A stretch of DNA of 63,886 bases, counting the filler, from Thelocarpon superellum (Eukaryota): NCBI GenBank assembly GCA_026025795.1. It is 6 parts of 6 records of this genome, joined end to end, with 100 filler letters (N's around TTAATTAATTAA, not from the genome) between each part and the next. Parts side by side here need not be neighbours in the genome. Positions count along the whole stretch, not along the records: positions 43,877 to 54,645 come from JAPEUG010000518.1; positions 54,746 to 63,886 come from JAPEUG010000576.1; 4 more parts are not named here. One strand, given 5' to 3'. The position numbers and the translations under genes were made by a program. The first letter of the stretch is position 1. Each line of letters begins with the position of its first letter. Below are positions 47,453-59,420 of the stretch, piece by piece. The notes under the pieces were generated by a model. It ran no database searches, had not been told where the DNA came from, and saw nothing but the letters and a program-made list of their open reading frames with translations.

Positions 47453-48320
47453 GGCACGAGTGCTTCGAGTCGTGGCATGTGTTCGGGGCTTCATTCAGCT
47501 CACTTCGCGTGGGCGGCGACCACCCGCACGATTTCGAGACGGAAGGTAAATCTGACGCAACGGGAGCTTGAGCTATGTCACTGCCGGGTAAGTTCGAGTC
47601 GACGGTGAATGCGATGGGAAGTCGTTCCATCTCGATCGGCCAAGATTGATCGTGGGTCATGTGACCTGCAAGGTGCGAGACGCCTGTTCACGTGACTGCT
47701 GGACTCAACCGCAACTGAACTTACCGTCCTCCCATCACCTCGGATAATCATTGCCATCAATACATCTGCGTTCTACAGATACGTGAAAGGCAGGACGACG
47801 TCAGACTTGCTTCGTCACTGCTAACCGCGCTGACGTGTGGCTACCTGCGGCACTCCCTCATGACAAGAAACAAGCCGGCCTTCGTTCAAGATCCATTGAT
47901 CCAATCGCCTCAACAGCGGGTGGCTCCTCGATAATACCGCAGATATTCAAACAACGCTCAAGCGTTGCAAGGCGCCTGGTTCGGTTGACTGGCCCCCTGT
48001 GACAAGAAAGCCCCGTGTACAAGCTTGCATCAAATCAGTGATGGCACGGCATTATGTTTGCATATTATGCATATTTCTCTAACCTTTGCATGATGTTTCA
48101 CGCCCGGCAGATACCTCTAAGCCCCACCATGCACTGATGCGACCAAACATAGACGCCGTCCTGGGTCATATAAGGCATGGGAACAGCCAGCGGTGCGTCC
48201 ATTCAACAGAGACAATCCCCTTCGAAGAGTCCTCGCATCCTCCCACAACTGCCAACTTCCCCCGCTACTGCAGCACCTTGCGTCTTTCCTTCAATCCCTA
48301 CATTGTCGCCTCCCGTCATC

Positions 48321-48933
48321 ATGTCGTCGATCAAAAACACCCTCCTCGCCATGTCGGGCCTGATCATGTTCACATCGGCCCAGCAGTACTTAGGCCCGGA
48401 CCCGAATAACGCCACCTACGCGCACCTCAACGACTGGAAGCACGGCGCAGCCTACAACCACGCGGCCATCGAGCCCTACCTTCAAATTGGATGTTACTCC
48501 AACGCTTCGTGGGAAGTTAGTGCGGCTTGGGACGCCAAACTGAACTGCACCACCGCCGCGCAGCAGGTCGCCGAGCTCGTCTTCCCGGGCTGGCAGCAGG
48601 CAATGAATGGCAGCGCGCCGACGACCACGGAGGCCGTCACGGCTGGTTGGCGGTATGAACGCACGGCGGACAACTGTACCGCGGTTATGTATATCAATGC
48701 CAACGCCACCGTTGGACCGCTGGAGGTGTCGGATCCGTAAGTACCCTCCATCCCCCGTCCCCCTTTGATACCTCCACGTCTCGTGCCGTGCTGAGGTATG
48801 CTCGACGGGAGCCAGGTTTAACGACATCATGTCCAAATGTCCTACCACCACGGGCGACACTGACTACAGGGCGAATTGGGCCATGTGGAATCTATATGTG
48901 GCGCCACCCGAAGCATCGTTCGACCGAAGCTAG
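48321..48933 (+). CDS. Small secreted protein of unknown function (4 Cys, several N-glycosylation sequons)
   Basis: Signal peptide MSSIKNTLLAMSGLIMFTSAQ; predicted intron 48737-48815 adds FNDIMSKCPTTTGDTDYRANWAMWNLYVAPPEASFDRS*; TATA-like CATATAA at ~48167. Confidence 0.65.
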
Positions 48934-49100
48934 TTGGCATGGCAATCGCGAGAGCACGGAGTGTGGTGCGAAAAGAAAATATCCAGCTTCATTGTCGAAT
49001 CAAAGATCTGTGTGACGTACGCGTCTGCCATCATTACCCAATGTCCCATTGTGATGCGACGTAACTCCTTATGACCGAGCGGTTGCATTAGCACGGTGGA

Positions 49101-51755
49101 TCAATGAATTTCTTCAATCGTGGGCTCTCGTTCTCGTGCTCGGTCGCGCTCTCTCGGTCGCGCCCGCATCGGCGATCGCTGTACTGCGATGCCCCCTAGC
49201 ACTGCCGCCGCCGCTGCCGCTGTCCCTCCCCTGGCCACTCCGGGCACAACGGAGACATGGGTGCCAGGATTCGGCGTTTCAACGGCTCGCGGGATCAGTC
49301 CGGCTCGTGTCAGGGTGGGTTCGGGGATGGCGATGGTCGTATAGCGCTCCGGGGAGGCGGAGGAACTACTATCGGTCGAGCCTCGCCTGCGCCTGCGCGC
49401 TCTCCTGTTAGCACGATCTCGCTTTTGATATCGCTCGTCCTCCTCGGCGACGGAACCATAGAGGCTTGACCCCGCGCGGAGCGTCGAGGGCCGTTTGAAC
49501 TCCGACGGCCGGTCGACGGGCGTTTCATAATCGAAGCCTTCTCGCCCGCTGTCCTCGGTCACACCGCCAGAATATTGCCGACGACGGGATGGACGAGGGG
49601 TCTGACGTCGAGGAGGACTGTAGTCCCGCGGCGGGCTGGAGGCGCGGTAATCGGCTGAGTCGCGGTCATCATCGGAGCTAGAGGAATCATAATACCGCCC
49701 TCGAGGCGCCCTCTCCTCGTCAATCACCTGCCCTGCGTCAGTGTCGGCCAGCGTCAGTACCACTGGCTCCTGCTTACCACTCGGCGGCCGACGCGGACGT
49801 CAACCCCCGTAATCTTGGACAAGATGCCGGTCCCGAGTCGCATGATGGCAAAGCGGAAGGCTTTGCGTGGTCGGCGACGGCGGCTCCGCCTGGGACTGCG
49901 TGTGGGAGGGAGCAGGCTACCGCGACGACGACCCGGCTCCAGATTACCGCTCTCACGCGCGTCCTCGTCCTCCTGCCGATTCCGCGCCACCTCGCGTCGG
50001 AGCCAGAGGAGCCAGATGATCAGCGTAACGATGGTCAGCGGTCCCGTCACCGCCCAATAGATCCAGAAGCGTGCCGTGGCGACGGGTTCGCCCGGCCCGG
50101 CATCCCAATCAAACAAGGGCATGGCAAAGAGAGTCTTGTGCGCGTGAGCCTCCCAGGTGGATATGCAATCGAGAGGGCGATGAGGCGTGACCTACCGAAA
50201 TATACGTGCCAGGCAGGAAGAGAATGGTGACAATGGCGATTGTCTTCATGGCCGTGCCATCGCGCTTACTGGCTGACGCGATACTCTTGGAGTCTTTGGC
50301 CACCTCGATGTTGATGGCGTTGTCCTTCTGCATCATCAGGTTGGAGACCTATCACCCATGCATGAGCGCCCGACTTCATCCATTGCGGAATCCTAGGGCA
50401 CCCACGGCCTGCAGCGCGATCCCACTGCGCTTGTCGTAGCTCTCGACGCGGACGAGACAGTTGCGGCATTTGGTGCTGAGGTAACTCAGGTGTTCCTGCA
50501 GCATGCGCGCCATCATGGGCGGCAAGGGCGCCAGCGTGGACGGGGGCGTGGGAGCTGTGGCTGTGGCTGTTGGCGGAGGTGGAGGTGGTGGAGCTCGTGC
50601 TGGGGCTGGGGTTGCAGTTGCAGTAGGATCGGGATCGGAACCATGCGTGGGCGCGAATGCGGGCGTGGCGGACGTGTTGCCCACGGCAGGAAGCACGCTC
50701 CGCTCGAGATCGTCGATGCTCTGCCAGATGGCGGACAGCGTGTGCAAGGACCGCTTGAGGCCGCCCTGAACGCTAGCGGCAAGCACGCAGATGCCATTCA
50801 ACCCCTTGGTCATGGCGGCATAGTCGGGCCATCGCCGGCTTGGGATCACGCGGTAGCTATCGCCCAGATCATCGACGCCGGCGCTATCTTCTAACGGCAA
50901 CAAACGCTCCTGACATGTGGTCCGGCCTTGGAGCAGAGCATCGATGGCAATTTCCGTCACCATGGTGGGGAGAAACAAGGGGTAGATGGTGTAGACGGGG
51001 GAACGACGGAGGCGGTCGACCAGCACATCGAAGACGTCCATCTGCCCCTGGAGCGAGACGACGACGGCACAGGTCAAGCGCCTCGTCGGATCAGTGACGA
51101 CGGCGACGAAATGCCACGCCCGTCCAAAGACCGAGGCTTCCGTGGGGACAACGAATGCTGACACGTATGAGCGGGAGCGGGAGCACACAATCCAGGAGAC
51201 GCGTGATGCGAGGGCAGCATGGCGAGAACGTACCGGTGCTTCCGTCTGGCTGATGAAAGACGCCAAACCCAGCATCTCGGCGGACCAGGGTGACAAGGAA
51301 GTGCCGTGGGAGGGCAAAGGCTTGTACGATGCGTGAAAATTGCCCCTCGTCGAAGGGAAGGGAGGTGCGTAAGCCATCGCCGCCGATGCCACATCTGCGC
51401 TGCGATGAGTCCAAGCGGATTCCGACGGGCGAGGACAGGGCCCGTTACATCAGTCGAAGACCTCCGGTGTTGGCTCGGCCATCGTGAACATGCGCGCGCT
51501 ACCATGGGCGTGGTCAATGACAAGGGCGCCACTCGGGCCCAGGGCGAGGCTGATGCGTACTCGATTCAGCCAACGGTCCACTTGCTCGATATTCCCGAGG
51601 ACCTCGTCGTGCACGGTGAAGAGCGCGGGGTTCTGTCGGGGTGTGAGGCGGCGACGAGGGAAGGGACCGTGGGACCGTGGGACCAACACACCTCGAACCT
51701 CCACACTTCGACGCACCGCAGGGGTTGCGAGCGAAAAGTAACCTCTTTCAGGCAT
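49101..51755 (-). CDS. Fungal CorA-like two-TM protein with Pro-rich insert and long Arg/Ser-rich C-terminal tail
   Basis: QKDNAINIEVAKDSKSIASASKRDGTAMKTIAIVTILFLPGTYIS|TLFAMPLFDW..FWIYWAVTGPLT; GMN motif replaced by AMP; 5' and last exons less certain. Confidence 0.75.
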
Positions 51756-53439
51756 GCATCATAATCGGCTTCAATCATGCTGAGCGGAGCCGACAGCAAT
51801 AACAAGCACAAGGACCGCAGCAGCGGCAGCGGCAGCGGCAGCGGCAAAGACGACGGGAATTGTGCCGGATGGGCCAGGCACCAGAGCTACGGCAGAACGA
51901 TGGGCGAGAGCAGCTGGGCAAGGCGGGGCTGTTGAGCTCTCCGGGAGCAGTTCACCGCCATGCTGTGCGGCGATCGTAGCGGGCGCCGCCAGCCCATTGC
52001 TCTACTCATTCTCCGCACAATGGCTGACCGGAGAAAGGAGGACATGCAGGTGGCCTGAAGCAGAGACATTGGCTCCAAGGTCGTGATCAGGACTAACACT
52101 AGTACTCTGGTAGACTGCAGATTGGGCGTGGTCACGTACACTGGACGCGGCTCTGGTGGGGCTCCAACGAATCAATCACATCAACGACGGGCGCCACAAC
52201 GCAAGTGCACGACGGCCGCGATAACCAATTCTTCTCTTGGCATTGTGCTCGGCGAGGGCTTCCGCCTTCCTCGCGCTCGCGCCTCGCGAACATCCCACCA
52301 TGATACGGCAATCCCGGTACGGTCGAGCTAAGAGAACGAAGGACGAAGTACTACTCCCCGCCACACTCGCCTGCCATCTGCTCCGACGCTCCATAGACGT
52401 CAGAGTCAAGATAGGCGGCACAGGATGCTGCAGGCATCCCGCACTAGAGAAGGTCGAGCTCTGATCCGCTTATTTCGAGCTCGGGCAATGGAACAGCTCG
52501 TAGCGAGTCCCGACTGCCAGCCGCCGTACTATGGTGGCTGCCTTACTGTGGATCACTGCCGGCCCCAGGCGACTCGGCCCGCTCCTCGTTCCCCGCTCAA
52601 TCCGCCCAGGCGAAGCGCCCAACGTTCGCGAGCACGGCGCACCATTTACTCTGTAATGCACGGTGAGAGGATCCCCCGGTACTCCTACTCGATCTTGGAG
52701 ACCAGCTTGCCCCGCTCACTCCCGCCACGTTTCAAGTGTCAGCGTCAAGTTTGCATCAGCCAAAAGTGTTGTTGAGGCCTACCTTTTCTCTCATCTGCAA
52801 TGCCAAGTGCTTTCAACTCACGTTGGAGCGATTCACTGAGCAATCTCTCCAAGACTCGCTCCGACCGGCGTCTATCCCGTCGTTCCTCTGGGATGAATGG
52901 GTTGACCTATCCAACCCTCGTGCGTATTGCATGCCGGCCTTTCGGTAATGGCCCATTGAAGCGGCGGTGCTGAGAGGGTGAGCAGCACCGAGGCACAGCA
53001 ACGACCAGCACCGGCACGTAGCCTGGTCAGTAATCGCGCTTACCTCGCTCATGACGTGCCACCCCCCCACTCTCCGTCGTTCAACGATGCCTCCGCTACC
53101 GACAGCTGAATTCGATGCGATTCATTGTCTTTGATACCACCATAATCAGTGTCTCAAGCATGCGAACCTCATCGCACAAAGCCTGACGGACCAAACCTAC
53201 GCCAGCCTCGTCGCCTGTCGCGTCGGCGTCAGGCCAGGCCGCCCCAACGCGGCATCTGGCGCCGGGTCAACACGTCCCCTTCATCTCCATTGACCATGTC
53301 TCGGTCGATTCTGGTCCATGGAGAGAGACCAGAGTCGAAAAAAGTCGAGTTTGCAAGTGCATCGAGCAGCCACGCGGGTGGGGGCTTGGCCCAAAGGAGG
53401 AGCAGATGGCCGCACTATTCAAACGGACAATCGACGAGA

Positions 53440-54600
53440 TGGAACAGGGGAAGTGAGGGGAAATGGAGAGTAAAGGTCCATAGTCAGGAGACGGAGGAGA
53501 GGAGGTGCGTCGATCACGTCAACCAAACCGTGGCCCAGACCGAAAGCTTCCTCAGCGCCATTAACAGTTAGCAACTCCCATCTTGTTCATGTGAGCCTCG
53601 CCTTCGCCACCATCTGCCCAACACCACATGTCAGACCGCGGCGATGACCCTGGAAAATCAGGTTCGTGATGCCTACCTTCCCGCCCGCAGTGTCTAGCCG
53701 GTGACAGCCAACAGCGCCATGCCACCTTCAACAGATTCGAGGACACTGCCTCGCGCATGCTCCACCTTGCCGTCCTTGAGCGCGCCTATCTGCACCGCCA
53801 AATCAGGTTTCAGGGGAATCATTCCGAGCTGGCACGCTTGCTGGAAGGCCAGGTCGTGAAGCTCTTCACCACATATATGCTGCACGTCATCGGGCAATTC
53901 ACTCTCGGGAAGCTGAATCCCAACGGACTCAATCTTGGCCGCATCCGTGTTTGAAGCTTTGCGACACTGAGTCCCGGCGATTCCGGACGTGGCTCACGAC
54001 CTCGAAACACTACGACCATATTTCTGTACACACGGCTCACTGAGAGAGGCCAGATCGTCCGCTGGATTCTTCTACTTGTCCACGCTTGGTGGTAATGCCA
54101 TTTGTGGGGCTGAATCCGTGGTCAAGAGTTACTCCAGGACGGCACTGATGCAAATTGCTGCAAATTGCACGAACAGCAAAGGCCAGGGCCCAGTGTACTG
54201 CGCGGCCGTAGAGTGTTGGATGAAAGGTTGCGGCTCCTGCTTGCATATGGTGCTGATCCGGGGTCCAAGAAAATTGAGGGCGCGACGCCACTTTTCGCGG
54301 CGAGCGTGGGTCCAAATGGGAAAACGATATAGCTATAGTTCGATGAGGGCGCTGATCCTAATGACGCAGGAAATTCCTGGATGAATCCGGCTCTGGAGAC
54401 GGTCAGATATGGAAGTCAAGAGGCGGTGCAGCTACCATTTGATAAGGGCGTCAACAGAAATGAAAAATTTGGACCGTGGGCATTACTGGGACGACCGTTG
54501 GCTACAAGCAAGAGAAAGTAGCGGAGGCGCCAGTGAGAGGGCGCTGATCTAACTTCACGGTCCAGTTCGGCTTCCGATCTGTTGACTGGGCTATCTTCGA
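53440..54600 (+). pseudogene. Decayed NLR-like gene: NWD-NACHT-N-terminal-like helical domain plus degenerate ankyrin repeats
   Basis: Manual frame-hopping gives KWRVKVHSQETEERRCVDHVNQTVAQTESFLSAINS*..HVSLAFATIC..TASRMLHLAVLERAYL..LLEGQVVKLFTTYM, then VVK/LLQDGTDANC/TNSKGQGPVYCAA, LRLLLAYGADPGSKKIEGATPLFAAS..TI*L*FDEGADPN, GSQEAVQLPFDKGVN, EGADL; stops and frameshifts throughout. Confidence 0.7.
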
Positions 54601-54645
54601 AAGAAGAGATTGGTGGATTACTACCTGAGAGGTGCTGATTCAACC

Positions 54646-54745
54646 NNNNNNNNNNNNNNNNNNNNNNNNNNNNNNNNNNNNNNNNNNNNTTAATTAATTA
54701 ANNNNNNNNNNNNNNNNNNNNNNNNNNNNNNNNNNNNNNNNNNNN
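54646..54745. other. Artificial contig spacer
   Basis: 44N-TTAATTAATTAA-44N. Confidence 0.97.
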
Positions 54746-55640
54746 CTGGCTGGTCCCGCATATCGGTGGAACCTCCCGCCGCGTAAGCCTGGTGCACGTT
54801 CGTTATGACCTGCGTATGCTTCTGACCGGCGCTGACATCCCCCTCCCGGGCCAGTACGGCGAGGCACCTACAAACGGTTAGGCGGTTCGCACTAACTACT
54901 GCACGCAGGGACCACCCGCCAAGCGGAAGCTGCGCTTCGTCCAATAGCCATTGACTCGGTTAAGTAAATCTTACCGACGAGGAGAGCGACAAGCCCCTCC
55001 ACATCCTGGGCACGACACGGCGATGACCGACCGGGTGCTCCATGCCACAGAAAAACTCGGACTAGTCCTGGGGCACGGAGCAGCCGAAGTGTTAGTTGTG
55101 CGAGTACGAGTATGTTAGCTCTTGGGGTCGAGCTACTCCAGTCCGCCGTGGTACGCTGGGCTTCTGCCCGTGGCGTTCGTACAGAGGAACTCCCTAGCTG
55201 AAGCTGTCGTGATGGATCAGACGACGCACCCTCAGCTGATGTACCGCAGCTGGCCTGAAATGCTCCGTCCGCCGCCACGGCCGGATGCAGAACCTCCTTG
55301 ATCATTCTGCGGCAATTGCCTCCACGTGCGTGACGTCTATTGCCATCTGCTCGCCGCTCGACGCCTGCTCGGCTCGCTCATCGTCACTGCTGTCTCCGTG
55401 GCATCCACTTTAATCCGACTTGCACACCGCAAGCCACCACCCAACCTCCCTCTTCAGGTGGGCCCACGAAGCTGTTGAGCGCTTGGTGAACCGAAGTCGT
55501 CCGATTCCACCCTAGCCTTGTCGTGAGCGTGCAGGAAGCCCGGCGTGATTCGAACAGCCATTCATCTGGGGCGGAGCCTACGCTATCTGTCCAGCTCTCG
55601 TCGTAGGGCCAAGATAGTGTGAACTCCGAGGCAAAGCAAC

Positions 55641-57339
55641 ATGGGGAAGAAGCTCATCGTCTGCTGTGATGGTACGCAGCGATTTTGCTCCCCAAAGTTC
55701 ACGTCGACAAGCTTGACAGGTTGCTGATCCTCGCCCCCTCACACAGGCACGTGGTTGAACTCCGACAACGGGGTCCAGGGAGGAGGATTGTACGGCAACG
55801 CAACGCTCCAGGTCCCCTCCAACGTCACTCGTCTGTGTCGCGCAATCAAATCACGTCCGGCCCATGATGGCATGGACCAGATTGTGTACTACCAGGCCGG
55901 CGTCGGGACGGGCGATACTTGGTACGACCGCATCGTCGGCGGTGGTACGTTTCTCGGCTCTCGTCCGACCTCACAATGCCTGACGTGGAGTTAACGATAG
56001 GAACGGGCCTCGGCTTGTCGGAGCATATCCGAGAGGCTTACGGCTTCCTCGCCAATAACTATGCTGATGGCGATCAGATCTTCCTCGTAGGATTTTCACG
56101 AGGCGCCTTCACTGCGCGAAGCATCGCAGGCTTCATTGGCTGCATCGGCCTACTCACCAAGATCGGCCTGGATAGTTTCTACGAGATCTTTAAGGACTAT
56201 GAGAATGGCGAGAACAACAACTACAAACCTCAATACCCTGACGTTCCATTCGCGAACAAACCCAATATCCATGACCCCCGATACACTGCCGAGCTTGAAG
56301 CCGTGAGTACCCTCTTAGGTCCACAGGCCAGTGAATCATCGCAATGAACTTGATTAAACATATCGACACAGAACAAACTGTCACGCTTGCAGATCCCAAT
56401 CAAAGCGGTGGCGGTCTGGGACACGGTTGGTGAGTGCATCGCGCTATCCACCAGGAGCTTGCTGATTCGTGGCGATACCACCAGGCTCGCTCGGGATGCC
56501 GAGCATCTCGTGGCTGGAGAAGCTCGGAATCCAGCCCGCGAACCGCGAATACTCCTTCTATGACACTAAGCTGGACAATCACATCGAGAACGCCTTCCAA
56601 GCCCTGGCTCTAGATGAGACCCGCGCGCCGTTCTCGCCGACGGTGTGGGAGAGGCCGCAGGGATGTTCCACTCTACTCAAACAGTGTTGGTTCCCGGGGG
56701 TCCACAGCAACGTGGGTGGAGGGTACGACGACACGGAGCTCGCCAATATCACCCTGGCGTGGGTCATGGCTCAGCTGGCGCCGTTCATCGACTTCGACTT
56801 CCAGTTCCTGGCGCGTCAAGAGAATGCCAACCAGCAGTATTACCAGCAATCCAAGCTGTCCCCGAGGTCATGGGGCAAAGGTTAGGCATTCGTCCATTCC
56901 ACACTGGGAGCGGGACGGCTGAAAGACGATAGGTCTGATCTACAATTCCGTGACGGGGGTGACCGGTCTCGCCGGCACGACCCCACGCACTCCAGGTCGA
57001 TACACGACGGCGGATCCAAGCAGCGGCAAGCGTACCGAAACGCTGCTGCACGACACCAATGAGCATTTCCATGCCTCGGTTCGCATTCGCCTGGGCCTGC
57101 CGAATATGGGGACCGAGGATAAGGGGACATACGACCCGGCCTCGCTGAAGGACTGGAAGCTGGTGGCGGACCAGCATCCTGATGGCAGCGGTGGCCCGAA
57201 GTCAGTCGCCTGGAACTACGTTGGCAAGACGGATGGTGTCAAAGTACTGCCGGAGGATGAGGTGGGTGACATGGAGAAGGCACTCTTACGGTTCGATCCT
57301 GTTGCGTACGAAAAGGTTCTTGGTGTTCCTCCCTCTTGA
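55641..57339 (+). CDS. DUF2235 / Tle1-like alpha/beta hydrolase
   Basis: KKLIVCCDG|TW, SNVTRL, YYQAGVGT, GFSRGAFTARS (GxSxG), WDTVG, AFQALALDETR, WFPGVHSNVGGG; five introns. Confidence 0.92.
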
Positions 57340-57954
57340 TCGCTCCGTTGGTCAAGGATGGGCTTTATGTCGAAGGCTCCTCCGTTGTGAAAGTTACGGC
57401 GTCCGGCGAGCGTTCATCCGGAAGATGGCTCGCACACTCTTTCCTGGACCATCCTCCGACTGAGAAGGGAGGAATCGTTACAAAGTTGCAGCCTTATCTC
57501 ATGCGACTGTTATTGTCTCCGCGGTTGACCCACCTTTTCGATCCATGCATCTCCCACCGGCCAAACCATCTGGCTCGGGTATATCGGGGGGACACTGAAT
57601 GTTAAGGCTGACGCCAAGTCACCGAGGGCCATAGTCCTAACGCCATGAATCTAGAGCACTCTAGTGCAGAAGTCCTCAAAGTGCTTGGAGCCTTTCGACT
57701 TACGTCCTCTGAGTCCTTGGATAGACCGAGCGCAGCCAAGCAAAAGTACCAGGGGCCTGGAACATTCCCTGACAACTGCATCGTCATCGTTGTTGCCGTT
57801 GTTGCCATCGTGCTGGTCGCTCTTGCCTCCCGCGAACAGCGCGTTATGCCTCCGATTCCAACCTCTCATGACCGTCATCACTTCGTCTTCACCGTGTCTT
57901 TGACCTATTGATAATCCTTCACGTCACCTATTCCCTACAACTCCTACCGCCATC

Positions 57955-59420
57955 ATGCACATTTACACCTCTCGGCGTGCACTGCTTGCCCTGATCCTCC
58001 TATGCGCGAGATGCTCGGCCAACAGCACCGTGTTTGGCACGATCTCGCCGCGCCGCGAGCGGGCCATCCGACCGACCCATCCTACTGGCACCCTCGAGAA
58101 ACGGGTGGGGGGCGCGCCGCTCAAGGTGACGAACAACTGTCCGGCGAACATTTATCCCGCCTTCTTGACGCAAGCTGGGAGCGGACCGGCTGTGGGCGGT
58201 TTGGCCCTGAGCGTGGGCCAGAGCCAGACCTTGTCCGTGTCGTCGGACTGGCAAGGTCGGGTGTGGGGACGAACTAACTGCAGTTTCAATGCTGCTGGCA
58301 CTGGTGCCTCGAACCACGGGGGCTTGAATGGCGCTGGCCAAGCGTGCGTCACGGGCGACTGTAATGGGGAATTGGCCTGCAGTGTGTCGGTCCGTCCGGT
58401 CATGGATTCCTGGTGGGCTTTGTTCTGGTGGTTGCGCATGGCTCATCCGTCTCACAGGGCAATACACCCGTCACCCTGGCGGAGTTCCTGTATCAATCAG
58501 CGTCGGGCCAGGCCTTCTACGATATCTCGCTCGTAGACGGATACAACCTGCCTATCGCCATCGTCCTGATTGCTTCGAGCAGCCAGACGGACATTCCGCC
58601 GAATCTTACGAATCCTGTGTGTATCGGAACGGCGGCGCTGCTGGCTTCGGAGGGGTACGATCCCTATTCGTCGGCATCTACGTCAGTCCTTGGAACCAAC
58701 GCCTCCTACCCTCTGCCCTTCGATCAGTCCCAGACCGCCAGTTATGTCGCCCAGTGGTGTCCGTGGGAGCTGCAGCTCCTCCCCCCTTCGCCCCCGGCCA
58801 GCGGGGTGTATCCATACCCGGACTCCAGCATCAGCCGACCTAGCTTCGATCCGTGCTTCTCTGCCTGCGCCAAGACCAACAGTCCGGCGGACTGCTGCAC
58901 CGGAGCCTACAACAGTCCCTCGGCGTGCAAGCCAAGTGCGTACAGCATGAACGCCAAGACGGTGTGTCCCGATGCGTATAGCTATGGTGGGTGGCGCCTG
59001 TCCAGATATAGCGCGACCGACGTCGGATTGCTGATGTGACATGTCTCTTGCCCAGCCTACGATGATCAGGATTCCACCTTCGTGATTCCTGCCGGCGGCG
59101 GCTTTGAAGTCGTCTTCTGCCCCGCCGGACGATCGACCAATATTCTGGCGACCAAAGGAACGCAAGTGGCGCAGCTGGGCCAGACGGGAAAGGAAGCCGT
59201 AGGCGGTAAATTTGGGAACGGCACTGTGGCTGGTACCCTAATGGCGGGCAAGGAAGCCGTCCGAGCCGAGGCGGGAGGAAGCACCCTACGAGCTGGAGTG
59301 AACAACGGCACCGTGATGGCGCACAATACGGCGGACGGTAGCCATACGTCTCCCGGGAGCGTCTTCACCTTTCCCCTTCTCTGTGCTTTCCTATGCGCTC
59401 TGCTGTTCTTCTTTCGATGA
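57955..59420 (+). CDS. Thaumatin-like (PR-5/GH152) protein with signal peptide, KR propeptide and hydrophobic C-terminal anchor
   Basis: VTNNC, WQGRVWGRTNC, CVTGDC, TLAEF, FYDISLVDGYNLP, CPDAYSY|AYDD; introns 58390-58457 and 58987-59055; tail FTFPLLCAFLCALLFFFR. Confidence 0.92.
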
